Made by a program: the position numbers and the translations under genes. A stretch of 64,000 nucleotides of DNA from the NCBI GenBank assembly GCA_017936645.1, contig JAGBFD010000070.1, forward strand, positions 4,714-68,713, given 5' to 3'. This document shows positions 25,573-35,873 of this stretch, one piece after another; positions within the stretch are counted from its first letter, which is position 1, and every line of letters starts with the position of its first letter. The notes beneath the pieces are model-generated. The model was given only the letters and a program-made list of their open reading frames with translations, did not search any database and had not been told where the DNA came from. The DNA comes from Clostridia bacterium. GTDB lineage: Bacteria > Bacillota > Clostridia > Oscillospirales > Acutalibacteraceae.

Positions 25573-26994
25573 ATGGGATCTTATTTAACTCCTATCACAA
25601 ACGAAAACGTAGAGTTTCTCGTAGAAGAACTCTGTAAACATAACAAAATCAATCCGGATTATTTCGGAAGATACGGTGTAAAGCGCGGTCTGCGTAATTC
25701 AGACGGTACCGGCGTTATGGCAGGACTGACAAAGATCAGCTCTGTTGACGGTTACTACATTGATGACGGTGAAAGAGTGCCGAAAGAAGGTCATCTTTTC
25801 TACCGTGGTGTGGATATGACTGACATCGTAAAAAACTGTCAGGCAGAAAACCGATTCGGTTTTGAAGAAGTCACCTGGCTGCTCATCTTCGGTTCACTCC
25901 CGACTACACGTCAGCTTCAGAAGTTCAGCGAAATACTTGCTGAGTGCAGAAATCTCCCTGAAGATTTTATCGAAGATATGATTATGAAGGCTCCTTCGCC
26001 GAATATCATGAATAAAATCACACGATCGGTACTTGCTCTCTACTCTTACGATGAAAACCCTGATGATCTTTCGATAGAAAATGTCATCAGACAGTCTATC
26101 CAGATAATTGCACAGATTCCGGTAATCATGTCATATGCGTACCAAGTTAAAAGACGACACTACTATAAAAAGAGTATGTACATCCATCCGACAAAGCCGA
26201 ATCATGCCACGGCTGAAGCAGTTCTCCACTCGATGCGTTCCAACAAGACTTTTACTGACGAAGAAGCAAAGCTTCTCGACCTCTGTCTGATGGTGCACGC
26301 AGAGCACGGCGGCGGTAACAACTCAACTTTTGCCACAAGGGTACTTACCTCAAGCGGAACTGACACATACGCTTCCTTCGCTGCTGCTATCGGCGCACTC
26401 AAAGGACCTAAACACGGTGGTGCAAACATCAAAGTTTCCGAAATGATGAATCACATTATGGAAGGTGTAGATGACTTTACAAATGAAGGTCAGGTTGCCG
26501 ATTTCCTTGAAAAGATCATCAAAAAGGAAGCGGGCGACCATTCCGGACTTATCTACGGTATGGGTCACGCAGTTTACACGCTTTCTGACCCCAGGGCAAA
26601 AATTCTCAAAGAAGAAGCTCGCAAATTTGCTCAGAAAACAGGTTTCGAAGACAGATTCAACCTTATAGACACTGTTGAGCGTCTCACTCCTGAGGTTTTC
26701 CTTAAAGTCAAAGGCAGCAAAAAACCCATCTGTGCAAATGTTGATATGTACTCCGGTCTTATCTATGAAATGCTTCAGATCCCTGAGGACATTTACACAC
26801 CTCTTTTCACAACTGCAAGAATTGCCGGTTGGTCTGCTCACCGCATTGAAGAACTTATGACAGGCGGCAGAATCATACGTCCTGCTTACAAGAGTGTGTC
26901 AACTAAGAGAAATTACATTCCCATAGACGAAAGAATTGACACATTCACTCTTGACCCCAACTATATACCTGCAGAAGAAAGGATACTCAAGTAA
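25573..26994 (+). CDS. citrate (or 2-methylcitrate) synthase
   Basis: HAEHGGGNNSTF and GMGHAVYT blocks correspond to the catalytic His regions of the citrate synthase family. 473 aa. Confidence 0.85.
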   Translation: MGSYLTPITNENVEFLVEELCKHNKINPDYFGRYGVKRGLRNSDGTGVMAGLTKISSVDGYYIDDGERVPKEGHLFYRGVDMTDIVKNCQAENRFGFEEVTWLLIFGSLPTTRQLQKFSEILAECRNLPEDFIEDMIMKAPSPNIMNKITRSVLALYSYDENPDDLSIENVIRQSIQIIAQIPVIMSYAYQVKRRHYYKKSMYIHPTKPNHATAEAVLHSMRSNKTFTDEEAKLLDLCLMVHAEHGGGNNSTFATRVLTSSGTDTYASFAAAIGALKGPKHGGANIKVSEMMNHIMEGVDDFTNEGQVADFLEKIIKKEAGDHSGLIYGMGHAVYTLSDPRAKILKEEARKFAQKTGFEDRFNLIDTVERLTPEVFLKVKGSKKPICANVDMYSGLIYEMLQIPEDIYTPLFTTARIAGWSAHRIEELMTGGRIIRPAYKSVSTKRNYIPIDERIDTFTLDPNYIPAEERILK

Positions 26995-26995
26995 A

Positions 26996-27883
26996 ATGAA
27001 TACTTCAACAAAAAACAACAGTCTTTTTTTGAAAATTCCGGTTCTTTCCGCTTTTGCGGCAATTCTTATAGCTGTTCCTCTGAGAATATTTCAGTATCTC
27101 AAGCTTATTGATCCTTCTACCGGTTTCTACAACGAAAAAGATTTTTCTGTAATCATACTTTACGCTATCCTCGTAATAGTTATGATACTCTCTATTGTAT
27201 TACCGTACCTTAAACACAAGACTATTCAACCTGTCAGCGTTGAGAAAAGCTCTAAAGTTTTTCTTGCAGTTTCACTTTTGATGGCACTTGGTACTGCAAT
27301 CGATGCCGTAGGCCTGATTACTGATTTTGTAGATCTTATTTCGGATGTACCGCAGTACATTGACAGAAAATCACTTACTGAATATATTTCTGCTCAGGGA
27401 GGTACACTTATCCTGATTCAGGGTGTATTTGCCATCATTTCAGCTTTCTATTTTGTTATTTCAGGCCTTTCCGCTCTTAACGAGAAGATGAAAGCTAAGT
27501 TCAAAATCCTCGCTTTAAGCCCGGTTGTATGGTGTGTGTTCAGATTACTTCTCAGATTCAAGAGAACAATTGCATTTATAAACGTTTCAGATCTTCTTCT
27601 TGAACTCTTTGCAATCGTTTTTGCCATGGTATTTTTCCTTGCTATCGCTCAGATCAGAGCAAAGATTGATGCCGACAGTATTTTCTGGAAGATATTTGCT
27701 TACGGTATACCGACAGCAGTCCTTGCCGTAGTCTGCTTCCTTCCGCGTTTCATTCTTCTCATTACAGGAAACAGTGAAATGATAAACGCTCTTCATCCCA
27801 TATATGCAAGTGACCTTACACTCGCAATATATGCCGGATACATCTGTATTTCTTCACTCAAATCCGAACCGAAGGAATCCTAA
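26996..27883 (+). CDS. polytopic membrane protein of unknown function
   Basis: ATG 26996 lies 1 nt after the citrate synthase stop, with AGAAAGGA upstream. About 8 hydrophobic segments and no recognisable motif. The track start 26936 would overlap the preceding gene. Confidence 0.55.
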   Translation: MNTSTKNNSLFLKIPVLSAFAAILIAVPLRIFQYLKLIDPSTGFYNEKDFSVIILYAILVIVMILSIVLPYLKHKTIQPVSVEKSSKVFLAVSLLMALGTAIDAVGLITDFVDLISDVPQYIDRKSLTEYISAQGGTLILIQGVFAIISAFYFVISGLSALNEKMKAKFKILALSPVVWCVFRLLLRFKRTIAFINVSDLLLELFAIVFAMVFFLAIAQIRAKIDADSIFWKIFAYGIPTAVLAVVCFLPRFILLITGNSEMINALHPIYASDLTLAIYAGYICISSLKSEPKES

Positions 27884-27912
27884 GAACAAACCACTTTGAC
27901 AGAGGTCAGTCT

Positions 27913-28845
27913 ATGTTTTTTGAAAATGTTAAAATCGCTGCACAACAGGTAGGGATTCTTTATTTGATAGTCCTTGTCGGTTTGGTTAGTGATAAAATCG
28001 GTGTATTTACCGAAAAAACTGCAAAAGCTTGTACAGATCTGCTTTTTTATATAATCACGCCCTGTGTAATCATCAATTCATTCCTTGTACAGGAATTCAC
28101 TAAAGAAACAGGTATCAAGCTCCTTATCGCAGCCGGGTGCGGATTTCTTATGCACTTTGTAGCTATTGTACTGAATATCCCCTTATACCGTAAAGGGAAT
28201 ACGGAGCATAATATTCTTTTCAGATACAGTTCCATTTATGGTAACGTCGGATATATGACGTTACCGCTGACAGAGGCTATTCTCGGCAGCGAAGGAGTTT
28301 TCTATTGTTCAGCAGTTGTAATGGCATTCAATACAGTTTCGTTCACTCACGGCGTATACATTATGAACAACAGCGGTGGCAAGTTTGATATAAAAAAACT
28401 GGTGTTCAATCCGGGAGTTATCTCCGTTCTCATCGGGCTTCCTCTGTTCCTTCTTAAAGTCGATCTTCCGACAATAATCAATCAGCCGGTCACTTATCTT
28501 GCTTCAATGCAGACCCCTGTAGCTATGTTGATTTTCGGAACATTCCTTGCTCATACAAAACTCAACGATATCTTCAGATATAAAAAGATTTTGCTTGTAA
28601 CGTTAATGAAGCTTATTGTTCTTCCTGCTGCTATGATAGGTATCTACTATCTGCTCGGTCTTTCAGGCACTTTGCTCACAGCACTCAGCATATCAGCTTG
28701 TGCTCCCACAGCCAACAACACCGTTATGTTCGCTGCAAAGTATAACAAAGATACTGGTCTTGCGGCGCAAATAGTCGCAATCGTCAGCTTCATATCCGTA
28801 ATAACAATGCCGCTTATCATTGCGGCCGTCCAGACTATAGCATAA
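27913..28845 (+). CDS. AEC-family (auxin efflux carrier) transporter
   Basis: 310 aa with 10 TM-like segments. The N-terminal ...ILYLIVLVGL...DKIGVF... pattern is typical of the AEC/malate permease family. Confidence 0.7.
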   Translation: MFFENVKIAAQQVGILYLIVLVGLVSDKIGVFTEKTAKACTDLLFYIITPCVIINSFLVQEFTKETGIKLLIAAGCGFLMHFVAIVLNIPLYRKGNTEHNILFRYSSIYGNVGYMTLPLTEAILGSEGVFYCSAVVMAFNTVSFTHGVYIMNNSGGKFDIKKLVFNPGVISVLIGLPLFLLKVDLPTIINQPVTYLASMQTPVAMLIFGTFLAHTKLNDIFRYKKILLVTLMKLIVLPAAMIGIYYLLGLSGTLLTALSISACAPTANNTVMFAAKYNKDTGLAAQIVAIVSFISVITMPLIIAAVQTIA

Positions 28846-28849
28846 TACT

Positions 28850-29650
28850 ATGATAAATGAAATACTATCAAGATACGCACCCGTTTACGGTTACTGTCCT
28901 TTTGAAAAGCTCAATAATGCTCTTATAGAATGCAGAGCCAAAAACAGACTTCCGTCAGATTCCAAAAGCATCATAGTACTACTCTTCCCCTACTATCTTG
29001 GAGATGATGCCTACGAAGGCTCAGACATATCCAAGTACGCTGTCGTACCTGACTATCATGACACGATCACAGCGATACTTAACAAAGCTTCTCAGGAGCT
29101 CGAAGAGGCTTATCCTGATGAAGAGTTTGTAGTTTTCACCGATAATTCTCCGATACCTGAAGTGAAAGCAGCGATGTATGCAGGACTCGGTGTACGTGGA
29201 CTTAACGGTCTTTTCATTACAGAGAAATTCGGCTCGTGGGTATTCATAGGTGAGATAGTTACGACATTGGCTCTTGAATATCCTGATATCAAAGATAACA
29301 GTATCAACTGCATCGGATGCAAAAAATGTGTAACTGCCTGTCCCACAAAGGCAATCAGTGAAAAAGGTATCATTACAGAACGTTGTCTTTCTTACATTAC
29401 TCAGAAAAAAGGTGAACTCACCGACGAACAAATAAATCTTATAAAATCTTCAGGATGTGCCTGGGGATGCGACATATGCCAGAATATATGTCCTATGAAC
29501 AAAAACTGTGCTTCACAGCCGATTGATGCCTTTTTAAACGGGGCTGAAATCAAAGCACGGACAGATTCAGATATCTCCGGCAGAGCATATGCCTGGAGAG
29601 GTAAAAAAGTTATACAACGTAACCTTGCAATTTTAGAAGAAAAAAGGTAG
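28850..29650 (+). CDS. epoxyqueuosine reductase (QueG)-like Fe-S protein, short form
   Basis: CIGCKKCVTACP and CDICQNICP ferredoxin-like motifs follow a DUF1730-like N-terminal domain. 266 aa, shorter than canonical QueG. Confidence 0.55.
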   Translation: MINEILSRYAPVYGYCPFEKLNNALIECRAKNRLPSDSKSIIVLLFPYYLGDDAYEGSDISKYAVVPDYHDTITAILNKASQELEEAYPDEEFVVFTDNSPIPEVKAAMYAGLGVRGLNGLFITEKFGSWVFIGEIVTTLALEYPDIKDNSINCIGCKKCVTACPTKAISEKGIITERCLSYITQKKGELTDEQINLIKSSGCAWGCDICQNICPMNKNCASQPIDAFLNGAEIKARTDSDISGRAYAWRGKKVIQRNLAILEEKR

Positions 29651-29659
29651 GTGCTGATT

Positions 29660-29983
29660 ATGAAACTTATTATTGCAATTATCAACAGTGACGATTCCCA
29701 GAACGTTCTGAGTGAGGTAACAAAAGCCGGTTTCTATGCTACAAAGCTCTCGACAACAGGTGGATTTCTCCGTGCCGGAAACCTCACGCTGCTCATGGGT
29801 GTCGAAGACGATAAGGTTGACGATCTCCTTGAAATTTTACGTAAAAACTGCAGAAAAAGGCAGGAACTCACTCCTATCATGCCCTCTATAGAAGGAGCTG
29901 TGATGCCTGCAATACCGGTAGAAATAACTGTCGGCGGTGCTACAGTTTTCGTAATCGATGTAGAGCAGTTTCATAAAATGTAA
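29660..29983 (+). CDS. darA: PII-like cyclic-di-AMP receptor DarA (YaaQ)
   Basis: MKLIIAIINSDDS...KLSTTGGFLRAGNLTLLMGVED...VGGATVFVIDVEQFHKM aligns end to end with B. subtilis DarA as I recall it. It shows darA-holB-yaaT synteny. Confidence 0.9.
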   Translation: MKLIIAIINSDDSQNVLSEVTKAGFYATKLSTTGGFLRAGNLTLLMGVEDDKVDDLLEILRKNCRKRQELTPIMPSIEGAVMPAIPVEITVGGATVFVIDVEQFHKM

Positions 29984-30001
29984 CGGAGCAAACCGGAATA
30001 T

Positions 30002-30865
30002 ATGAACGAAAATGTTTTCAACTCCGTCAAGGAGCTTATAAAAAAAAGTAAACTGCCACACGCAATTTTAATCGACGGCGGCAGTTCTTCAGAACGTGAT
30101 GAAGTCGCACTATACATCGCTTCATCATTTCTGTGCAATTCTGTGCTTCCCTGCGGAATGTGCAAGAATTGTATAAAAATAAATAACGGTTCACACCCTG
30201 ACGTGATAATTACAGACCCCGGGCTTATGAATGAAAAAACATTCAAGGTCAATGTTGTAAGAGATATCAGGAAGGATGTGTATGTACTTCCTAACGAGTC
30301 CAAGTATAAGGTATACATCCTCAAGGGTGCAGATAAAATGAACGCATCCGCACAGAATGCACTGCTCAAAACCCTTGAAGAACCTCCCTCATATGCAAGA
30401 TTCATTCTCCTGTGCGAATCCCGTTCAGCTATGCTCGAAACGATAATGTCACGTGTTACAGCCTTCGGTCTTGGCTCAGGCAGCGGTTCAGTTGAGAGCG
30501 AATATGAGACAAAAGCTGATAACCTTGCGAACGAACTTGCCATAGCTCTTAGTGAGGTCACTGAGCTTAGATTTATGCAACTTAGCTCGGCATTTGAAAA
30601 AGATAAGGATCTTTTCCCTCTTGTCCTTTCATCAATTCAACTGATTTTCCGCGATGCAGTTGCCATCAGTACAGGCAGCGATCTTATCCTCAGCAGCCAC
30701 GCTGACACAGCCCGTATTCTCGCATCAAAACTGTCTTTGAAGGCTTTGATCGGATTAGTCGGAAATACAGAAGAATTTTTCGAATGTCTTAATAAAAATG
30801 CAAATAAGAATCTGCTTATCACCCGTTTCTGCAGTGTTCTGAGAAACACAGCTTATGCAGGCTAA
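30002..30865 (+). CDS. holB: DNA polymerase III subunit delta'
   Basis: HAILIDG..., the zinc-module-like CNSVLPCGMCKNC, the HPDV and NALLKTLEEPP motifs, and synteny. Confidence 0.85.
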   Translation: MNENVFNSVKELIKKSKLPHAILIDGGSSSERDEVALYIASSFLCNSVLPCGMCKNCIKINNGSHPDVIITDPGLMNEKTFKVNVVRDIRKDVYVLPNESKYKVYILKGADKMNASAQNALLKTLEEPPSYARFILLCESRSAMLETIMSRVTAFGLGSGSGSVESEYETKADNLANELAIALSEVTELRFMQLSSAFEKDKDLFPLVLSSIQLIFRDAVAISTGSDLILSSHADTARILASKLSLKALIGLVGNTEEFFECLNKNANKNLLITRFCSVLRNTAYAG

Positions 30866-30896
30866 AGCAATACCAGATATACCAGGAGGTAACTCT

Positions 30897-31760
30897 ATGT
30901 CAAAAGTAGTAGGAATACGTTTTAAAGAGGTCGGTAAGATTTATTACTTCGATCCTCTTGATATTGATTTTAAAAAGGGTGACTTTGCTATCGTTGAAAC
31001 TGTCCGTGGTATTGAGTGCGGAGAGGTTGCGATGGAAAACAGAGATATTGATGACGAAGAAATCATCAAACCTCTCAAACCTATCATCCGCCTCGCAACT
31101 GCTGAAGATCTTGCTGTAGTAGAAAACAACAAGAAGAAAGAAAAAGATGCTTTTGAAATCTGTCTTAAAAAGATTGAAAACCACAAGCTTGATATGAAGC
31201 TCGTGGATGTTGAATATACTTTTGACGGCAGCAAAGTTCTTTTCTACTTCACTTCTGACGGCAGAGTTGACTTCCGTGAACTCGTAAAGGATCTCGCAAG
31301 TGTCTTTCGAATCAGAATTGAGCTTCGTCAGATAGGTGTCCGTGACGAATCAAAGATGAAGGGCGGACTCGGCATCTGCGGCAGACCCTTCTGCTGTAAC
31401 AGCTTTCTTGGTGACTTCCAGCCTGTTTCAATTAAAATGGCAAAGGAGCAGGGACTCTCTCTCAACCCGACAAAAATCAGCGGAACCTGCGGCAGACTCA
31501 TGTGCTGCCTTAAATACGAGCAGAATGCTTACGAACACCTGCTTCACATTACGCCGAAGGTCGGAGCAATCGTCGATACACCCCAAGGTAAGGGTTCAGT
31601 AGTTGAGGTAAACCTGCTCAAAGGAATGCTTAAAATACGTCTTGACAGATATCCTGATGCTGCTCCTGCTGTTTATCACAGAAAAGATGTTAAGCTCATC
31701 AAGGATAAAAGAATCACCGTTGACAAATCCGAACTTGACGCATTAAAAGATATAGAATAA
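30897..31760 (+). CDS. ricT: PSP1-domain protein RicT (YaaT)
   Basis: AGGAGG lies 8 nt before ATG 30897. The CGRPFCCNSFL and GTCGRLMCCLKYE cysteine blocks of PSP1/YaaT are present. It is downstream of holB. Confidence 0.9.
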   Translation: MSKVVGIRFKEVGKIYYFDPLDIDFKKGDFAIVETVRGIECGEVAMENRDIDDEEIIKPLKPIIRLATAEDLAVVENNKKKEKDAFEICLKKIENHKLDMKLVDVEYTFDGSKVLFYFTSDGRVDFRELVKDLASVFRIRIELRQIGVRDESKMKGGLGICGRPFCCNSFLGDFQPVSIKMAKEQGLSLNPTKISGTCGRLMCCLKYEQNAYEHLLHITPKVGAIVDTPQGKGSVVEVNLLKGMLKIRLDRYPDAAPAVYHRKDVKLIKDKRITVDKSELDALKDIE

Positions 31761-31765
31761 GCTGA

Positions 31766-31800
31766 ATGAGCTGTAAAAACTGTTCGTTTTTACAGCTCAT
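31766..31800. terminator. bidirectional terminator (15-bp perfect stem) between convergent genes
   Basis: ATGAGCTGTAAAAAC-TGTTC-GTTTTTACAGCTCAT. Confidence 0.8.
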
Positions 31801-31803
31801 TTC

Positions 31804-33009
31804 CTATCTTGTTAAACTGTTCGCAGCTGATTTCCCCGCAACTATTCCACTCGCCCATGCCCACTGAAGATTAAAGCCTCCGCAAGGTGCATCGACATCA
31901 AGGATTTCTCCCGCACAGTAAAGTCCGGGTATTTTCTTTGATTCAAGTGTTTTCATATCAAACTCATCATTGCAGACTCCGCCTATTGTAATCTGTGCAT
32001 TATCAAAACCTTTAGTACCCGTAACGGTAAACTCACAGTTTTTTAATATGTCCGCAAGTAAAACAATGTCCGTTTTTCTGAGTTCTTTAAGAGTAATATC
32101 CTGCCTCAAACCTGCATTTTTTATAATAAGATATCCGACTTTTCTCGGCATTATTCCGCAAAGTGCATCTTCAAGAAGCTGTCGTGGATTTCTTTCTGCT
32201 GCTCGTGCGATAAAATCATAAACTTTCTCTTTCTTTAAATCGGGTAATATATTGAGAAAACATCTGCAGTCATTATCCATGAGACTTCTGCTGACATCCA
32301 TAACAGCAATCCCCGAAAGTCCGTAATCAGCAAAAAGAACTTCTCCCGATGAGTGACTTATTTCTTTTCCGTTTTTCAGTCTCAGAGACACATCAGCCTT
32401 GACCCTTACGCCTTTAAGCGTTTTAAGATTCTCTTTGACAGTTAGCTGAACAAGGCCCGGATAAAGAGGTGTCATCCTATGACCGAACGCTTTCAACAAT
32501 CCGTATCCGCTGCCGTCAGAACCCTGTGACGGTGACGACTTTCCGCCTGATGAAACAATGAGCTTTCTGCACTTTATTTTACCGTCCGTCTCAAAAACTC
32601 CGCCTTTATTTATGACCGAGTTCACTTTTGTATCCGTCAAAACTTCGATGCCGAGATTCTCTGCCTCGAACCTCAGACAATCAAGGACACTTGCTGCGGT
32701 ATTGCTCATCGGATAGACTCTTGATTCATCATCCGCAACGCATTCAAGACCGATTGAAGAGAAGAAATCAATGATTTTTGCAGGAGGAAAACTATTCATA
32801 ACAGATGATACAGCTTTTGTGTTATAGCTACGCTGATCAGCGTTAAGATTGGTAATATTACACCTGCCGTTACCTGTAGCAAGAATCTTTTTACCCACCT
32901 TCGGCAAAGCCTCAATGATCAATACGGAGAGCTTACCGCAGGCTTTTTTTGCACTGATAGCCGCAGCAAGACCTGATGCACCGCCGCCGATTACAACTAT
33001 ATCATACAT
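31804..33009 (-). CDS. BaiN/YhiN-family FAD-dependent oxidoreductase (HI0933-like flavoprotein)
   Basis: GGAGGTG RBS lies before ATG 33009. YDIVVIGGGASGLAAA dinucleotide fold and a C-terminal LYCAGEILDVDAPCGGFNLQWAWASG block typical of this family. Confidence 0.8.
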   Translation of the reverse strand: MYDIVVIGGGASGLAAAISAKKACGKLSVLIIEALPKVGKKILATGNGRCNITNLNADQRSYNTKAVSSVMNSFPPAKIIDFFSSIGLECVADDESRVYPMSNTAASVLDCLRFEAENLGIEVLTDTKVNSVINKGGVFETDGKIKCRKLIVSSGGKSSPSQGSDGSGYGLLKAFGHRMTPLYPGLVQLTVKENLKTLKGVRVKADVSLRLKNGKEISHSSGEVLFADYGLSGIAVMDVSRSLMDNDCRCFLNILPDLKKEKVYDFIARAAERNPRQLLEDALCGIMPRKVGYLIIKNAGLRQDITLKELRKTDIVLLADILKNCEFTVTGTKGFDNAQITIGGVCNDEFDMKTLESKKIPGLYCAGEILDVDAPCGGFNLQWAWASGIVAGKSAANSLTR

Positions 33010-33093
33010 TATATCACCTCCGAACGCATTAATTTTATCATAAACCTTGTCTTTTAGCAATAATAATTTACCAAAGCTATTGGAGGAACGGTA

Positions 33094-33345
33094 ATGATAA
33101 TTGATTTATTTGCTGACTGCAGGACACCAAAAAAAATTAACAGAACGCTGACTGAAGAAACAGCTTGTGTCATACGTGAACTTGAAAAAACGTGGAAGCT
33201 TTTCAACGAAGTTACTGACCCGTATGAAACAGAGTCATTGATTTACAGAATGAAGGAGCTTGAAACACACTACAGTTTCCTTATCAAAGAAGCAAAGCTC
33301 GGTAAGGTACATAACCCCGGATTTTTCGGTGGTGCAGACATATGA
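33094..33345 (+). CDS. yaaL: YaaL-family protein (DUF2508)
   Basis: 83 aa. ...ELEKTWKLFNEVTDP...YSFLIKEAK resembles B. subtilis YaaL. It lies immediately upstream of bofA, as in Bacillus. Confidence 0.6.
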   Translation: MIIDLFADCRTPKKINRTLTEETACVIRELEKTWKLFNEVTDPYETESLIYRMKELETHYSFLIKEAKLGKVHNPGFFGGADI

Positions 33346-33596
33346 AAGTGTTAATCATAACAATAATAGTAATCGGAATGGCTGTTGTAATTTTTTCTAT
33401 GTTCAAAAGCGGCAGCTTTCTTAAAAATCTTTTCAGAACGGTAATTCAGGGTATAGCCTCGCTGCTCGCAGTAAACACCATAGGTCTGCTCACAGGGGTG
33501 ACAATCGCTCTGAACTGGTATACGGTTACAGCTATCAGCATTTTCGGAACACCTGCTTGTATTGCCCTTCTGCTGTCGGATACCTTATTCAGATAA
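33342..33596 (+). CDS. bofA: pro-sigma-K processing inhibitor BofA
   Basis: 84 aa with 2-3 TM segments. LLAVNTIGLLTGVTIALNWYTVTAISIFGTPACIALLL is BofA-like. There is a 4-nt overlap with yaaL. Confidence 0.8.
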   Translation: MKVLIITIIVIGMAVVIFSMFKSGSFLKNLFRTVIQGIASLLAVNTIGLLTGVTIALNWYTVTAISIFGTPACIALLLSDTLFR

Positions 33597-33669
33597 AACG
33601 TTAAGTTAACTGTTGTTTTTTGTGCGGATTTGATATATAATAGTGTTGTTTCCCTAAGGATGTGATTGT

Positions 33670-34491
33670 TTGAAAAAGAAAAAAAGATTTTCAAAACTCT
33701 TTTGTCTGTTTCTGATCATTTCGCTGTTGATTATATGGGGCTACAACAATCTGTCTCTCAGAACCGCCGAAACAACACTTACTACTGAAAAAGCAACAGA
33801 CGAAATCAGAATTGCACTCGTTTCTGATCTTCATTATTCAGTTTTCTATGACAATGATAAAGTAATACGCAGCATTGAAGAGACAAAACCTGATTTAATA
33901 TTTGTCCTTGGTGATATGTATTCGAGAGGTATGACAGAAAGAATTGACAGAGTTATCAATTTCTTAGACAGGCTTTCGGAAATCGCAGATGTGTATGCAG
34001 TCACGGGTGACCACGATTATGACGATGAATATAAGCAAGAGCTGAAAGCCCTTCAGAATGTTCATCTGCTTGATTATATTTACCGCGACATTGAGCTGAA
34101 AGGTACAAAGCTGAGAATTTACGGAATCGACAACGTGTATTTTTCAGACACATTTGACCTTGGTAATGAATTTGAAAAGCCGCCTGCTGACAGACTCAAC
34201 ATACTTCTGTCGCACATACCCTCAATGCCGCACTACGGTGATTTCGGCTTTGATTACATTTTCTGCGGTGATACTCACGGCGGAATGGTACGTTTACCCT
34301 GGTTTGGCGGACTGTACTATGACGGATACATCCTTCCGAAAATAACTTATAGCGGAATCATAACCGATAAAGGGTTATATGAATTTGAAAACACAAGTCT
34401 GTATGTTACGTCAGGGGTCGGAAACTATCCGCTTCCCTTACGCTTTAACAACAGACCGGAAATATGTTTAATTAAAATCAAAGGAGAGTAA
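33670..34491 (+). CDS. membrane-anchored calcineurin-like metallophosphoesterase
   Basis: TTG start with AAGGATG upstream. N-terminal TM segment and VSDLHY, GDMY, GDHD and GDTHGG phosphoesterase motifs. Confidence 0.75.
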   Translation: MKKKKRFSKLFCLFLIISLLIIWGYNNLSLRTAETTLTTEKATDEIRIALVSDLHYSVFYDNDKVIRSIEETKPDLIFVLGDMYSRGMTERIDRVINFLDRLSEIADVYAVTGDHDYDDEYKQELKALQNVHLLDYIYRDIELKGTKLRIYGIDNVYFSDTFDLGNEFEKPPADRLNILLSHIPSMPHYGDFGFDYIFCGDTHGGMVRLPWFGGLYYDGYILPKITYSGIITDKGLYEFENTSLYVTSGVGNYPLPLRFNNRPEICLIKIKGE

Positions 34492-34494
34492 GAA

Positions 34495-35340
34495 ATGAGT
34501 TACGCTGATAAATTGTTCATTGAAATGTGCACTGACATACTTAAAAACGGAACTGATACCAAGGGAGAAAAAGTACGTCCGGTCTGGGAAGACGGTACCC
34601 CCGCATACACTCAGAAGCTTTTCTGCGTTGTTAACAGATATGATCTGAAAAAAGAATTTCCGGCTCTTACACTCAGAAGAACAGCTTTCAAGTCGTGTGT
34701 TGATGAAATCCTCTGGATCTGGCAGAAGAAGTCAAACAACATCAATGAGCTGAACTCTCACATCTGGGATTCCTGGGCAGATGAAGACGGCAGTATCGGC
34801 AAGGCTTACGGATATCAGCTCGGAGTCAAGCACAAGTACAAAGAAGGTATGTTTGATCAGGTCGACAGAGTTATCTATGACCTGAAAAACAACCCGTTCA
34901 GCCGACGCATTATGACAAATATCTACAATCATCATGACCTTAGTGAAATGGGACTTTACCCTTGTGCTTACAGTATGACATTCAATGTTACACAGGGAGA
35001 AAACGGCAGACTCGTGCTCAACGGGATACTCAACCAGAGAAGTCAGGACGTACTTGCTGCAAACAACTGGAACGTCGTACAGTACAGCGTACTTCTGCAT
35101 ATGTTTGCTCAGGTATGCGATATGGAGATCGGTGAGCTCGTTCACGTCATAGCAGACGCTCATATCTATGACAGACATATCCCTGTTATCGAAGAGCTTA
35201 TCAAGCGTGAGCCTCTCGCTGCACCTACCTTTTGGATCAACCCTGAAATCAAGGATTTCTACGAATTCACGGTAGACGATTTCAGACTTGATAACTACGA
35301 AACTCATCCGCAGATCAAAAACATCCCTATTGCTGTGTGA
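34495..35340 (+). CDS. thyA: thymidylate synthase (B. subtilis ThyA type)
   Basis: ELLWIWQKKSNN, NPFSRR, YPCAYSMTFNV (catalytic Cys) and DAHIY blocks. Confidence 0.95.
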   Translation: MSYADKLFIEMCTDILKNGTDTKGEKVRPVWEDGTPAYTQKLFCVVNRYDLKKEFPALTLRRTAFKSCVDEILWIWQKKSNNINELNSHIWDSWADEDGSIGKAYGYQLGVKHKYKEGMFDQVDRVIYDLKNNPFSRRIMTNIYNHHDLSEMGLYPCAYSMTFNVTQGENGRLVLNGILNQRSQDVLAANNWNVVQYSVLLHMFAQVCDMEIGELVHVIADAHIYDRHIPVIEELIKREPLAAPTFWINPEIKDFYEFTVDDFRLDNYETHPQIKNIPIAV

Positions 35341-35350
35341 GGTAGCAAAA

Positions 35351-35839
35351 ATGAAGTTAATTGTTGCAGTTGATAAAGAATGGAATATCGGTAACAAAGG
35401 TGATCTCCTTTTCTATATCCCGGATGATCTTAAATTCTTCCGTTCTAAGACTATTGAAAAGGTCTGTGTAATGGGCAGAAAAACCCTTGATTCTTTCCCG
35501 AATTCCAAACCGCTGAAAAACAGAGTGAATATAGTCCTTTCGAGAAACAAGAATCTTGAGGTTGAGGGTGCGACTTTCGTATCAGACCTCGATGAACTTC
35601 AAAAAGAGCTCAAAAAGTACAATTCCGATGATGTGTATGTCATAGGTGGCGAATCAATTTACACAACGCTTCTTCCTATGTGCGATACAGCTGTCATAAC
35701 ACACATTGATGCTCTCGCTGAGGAAGCTGACAAAAAATTTCCCGTTCTCTCCCCTGACGAATGGTACGTAGCCGAAGATTCAGGCGAAAAGGAATGTAAC
35801 GGCTATAAATTCAGATGGTGTGAATATAAGAGAAAATAA
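35351..35839 (+). CDS. folA: dihydrofolate reductase
   Basis: ATG 35351 (MKLIVAVDKEWNIGNKGDLLF...GRKT...VIGGESIY). The track start 35288 overlaps thyA and lacks an RBS. Confidence 0.9.
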   Translation: MKLIVAVDKEWNIGNKGDLLFYIPDDLKFFRSKTIEKVCVMGRKTLDSFPNSKPLKNRVNIVLSRNKNLEVEGATFVSDLDELQKELKKYNSDDVYVIGGESIYTTLLPMCDTAVITHIDALAEEADKKFPVLSPDEWYVAEDSGEKECNGYKFRWCEYKRK

Positions 35840-35844
35840 AAAAT

Positions 35845-35873
35845 GCTCGGTTTAAACCGAGCGTTTTTCTTTT
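35845..35873 (+). terminator. terminator of the thyA-folA operon
   Basis: GCTCGGTTTAAACCGAGC followed by GTTTTTCTTTT. It overlaps the 3' end of the convergent gene. Confidence 0.75.

Noticed and set aside
29971-30561. 196-aa minus-strand ORF
   Set aside because: It is antisense to holB. The product is Ser/Leu-rich with no motif or RBS.
34732-35397. 221-aa minus-strand ORF
   Set aside because: It is antisense to thyA, whose identity is unambiguous. It has no start signals.
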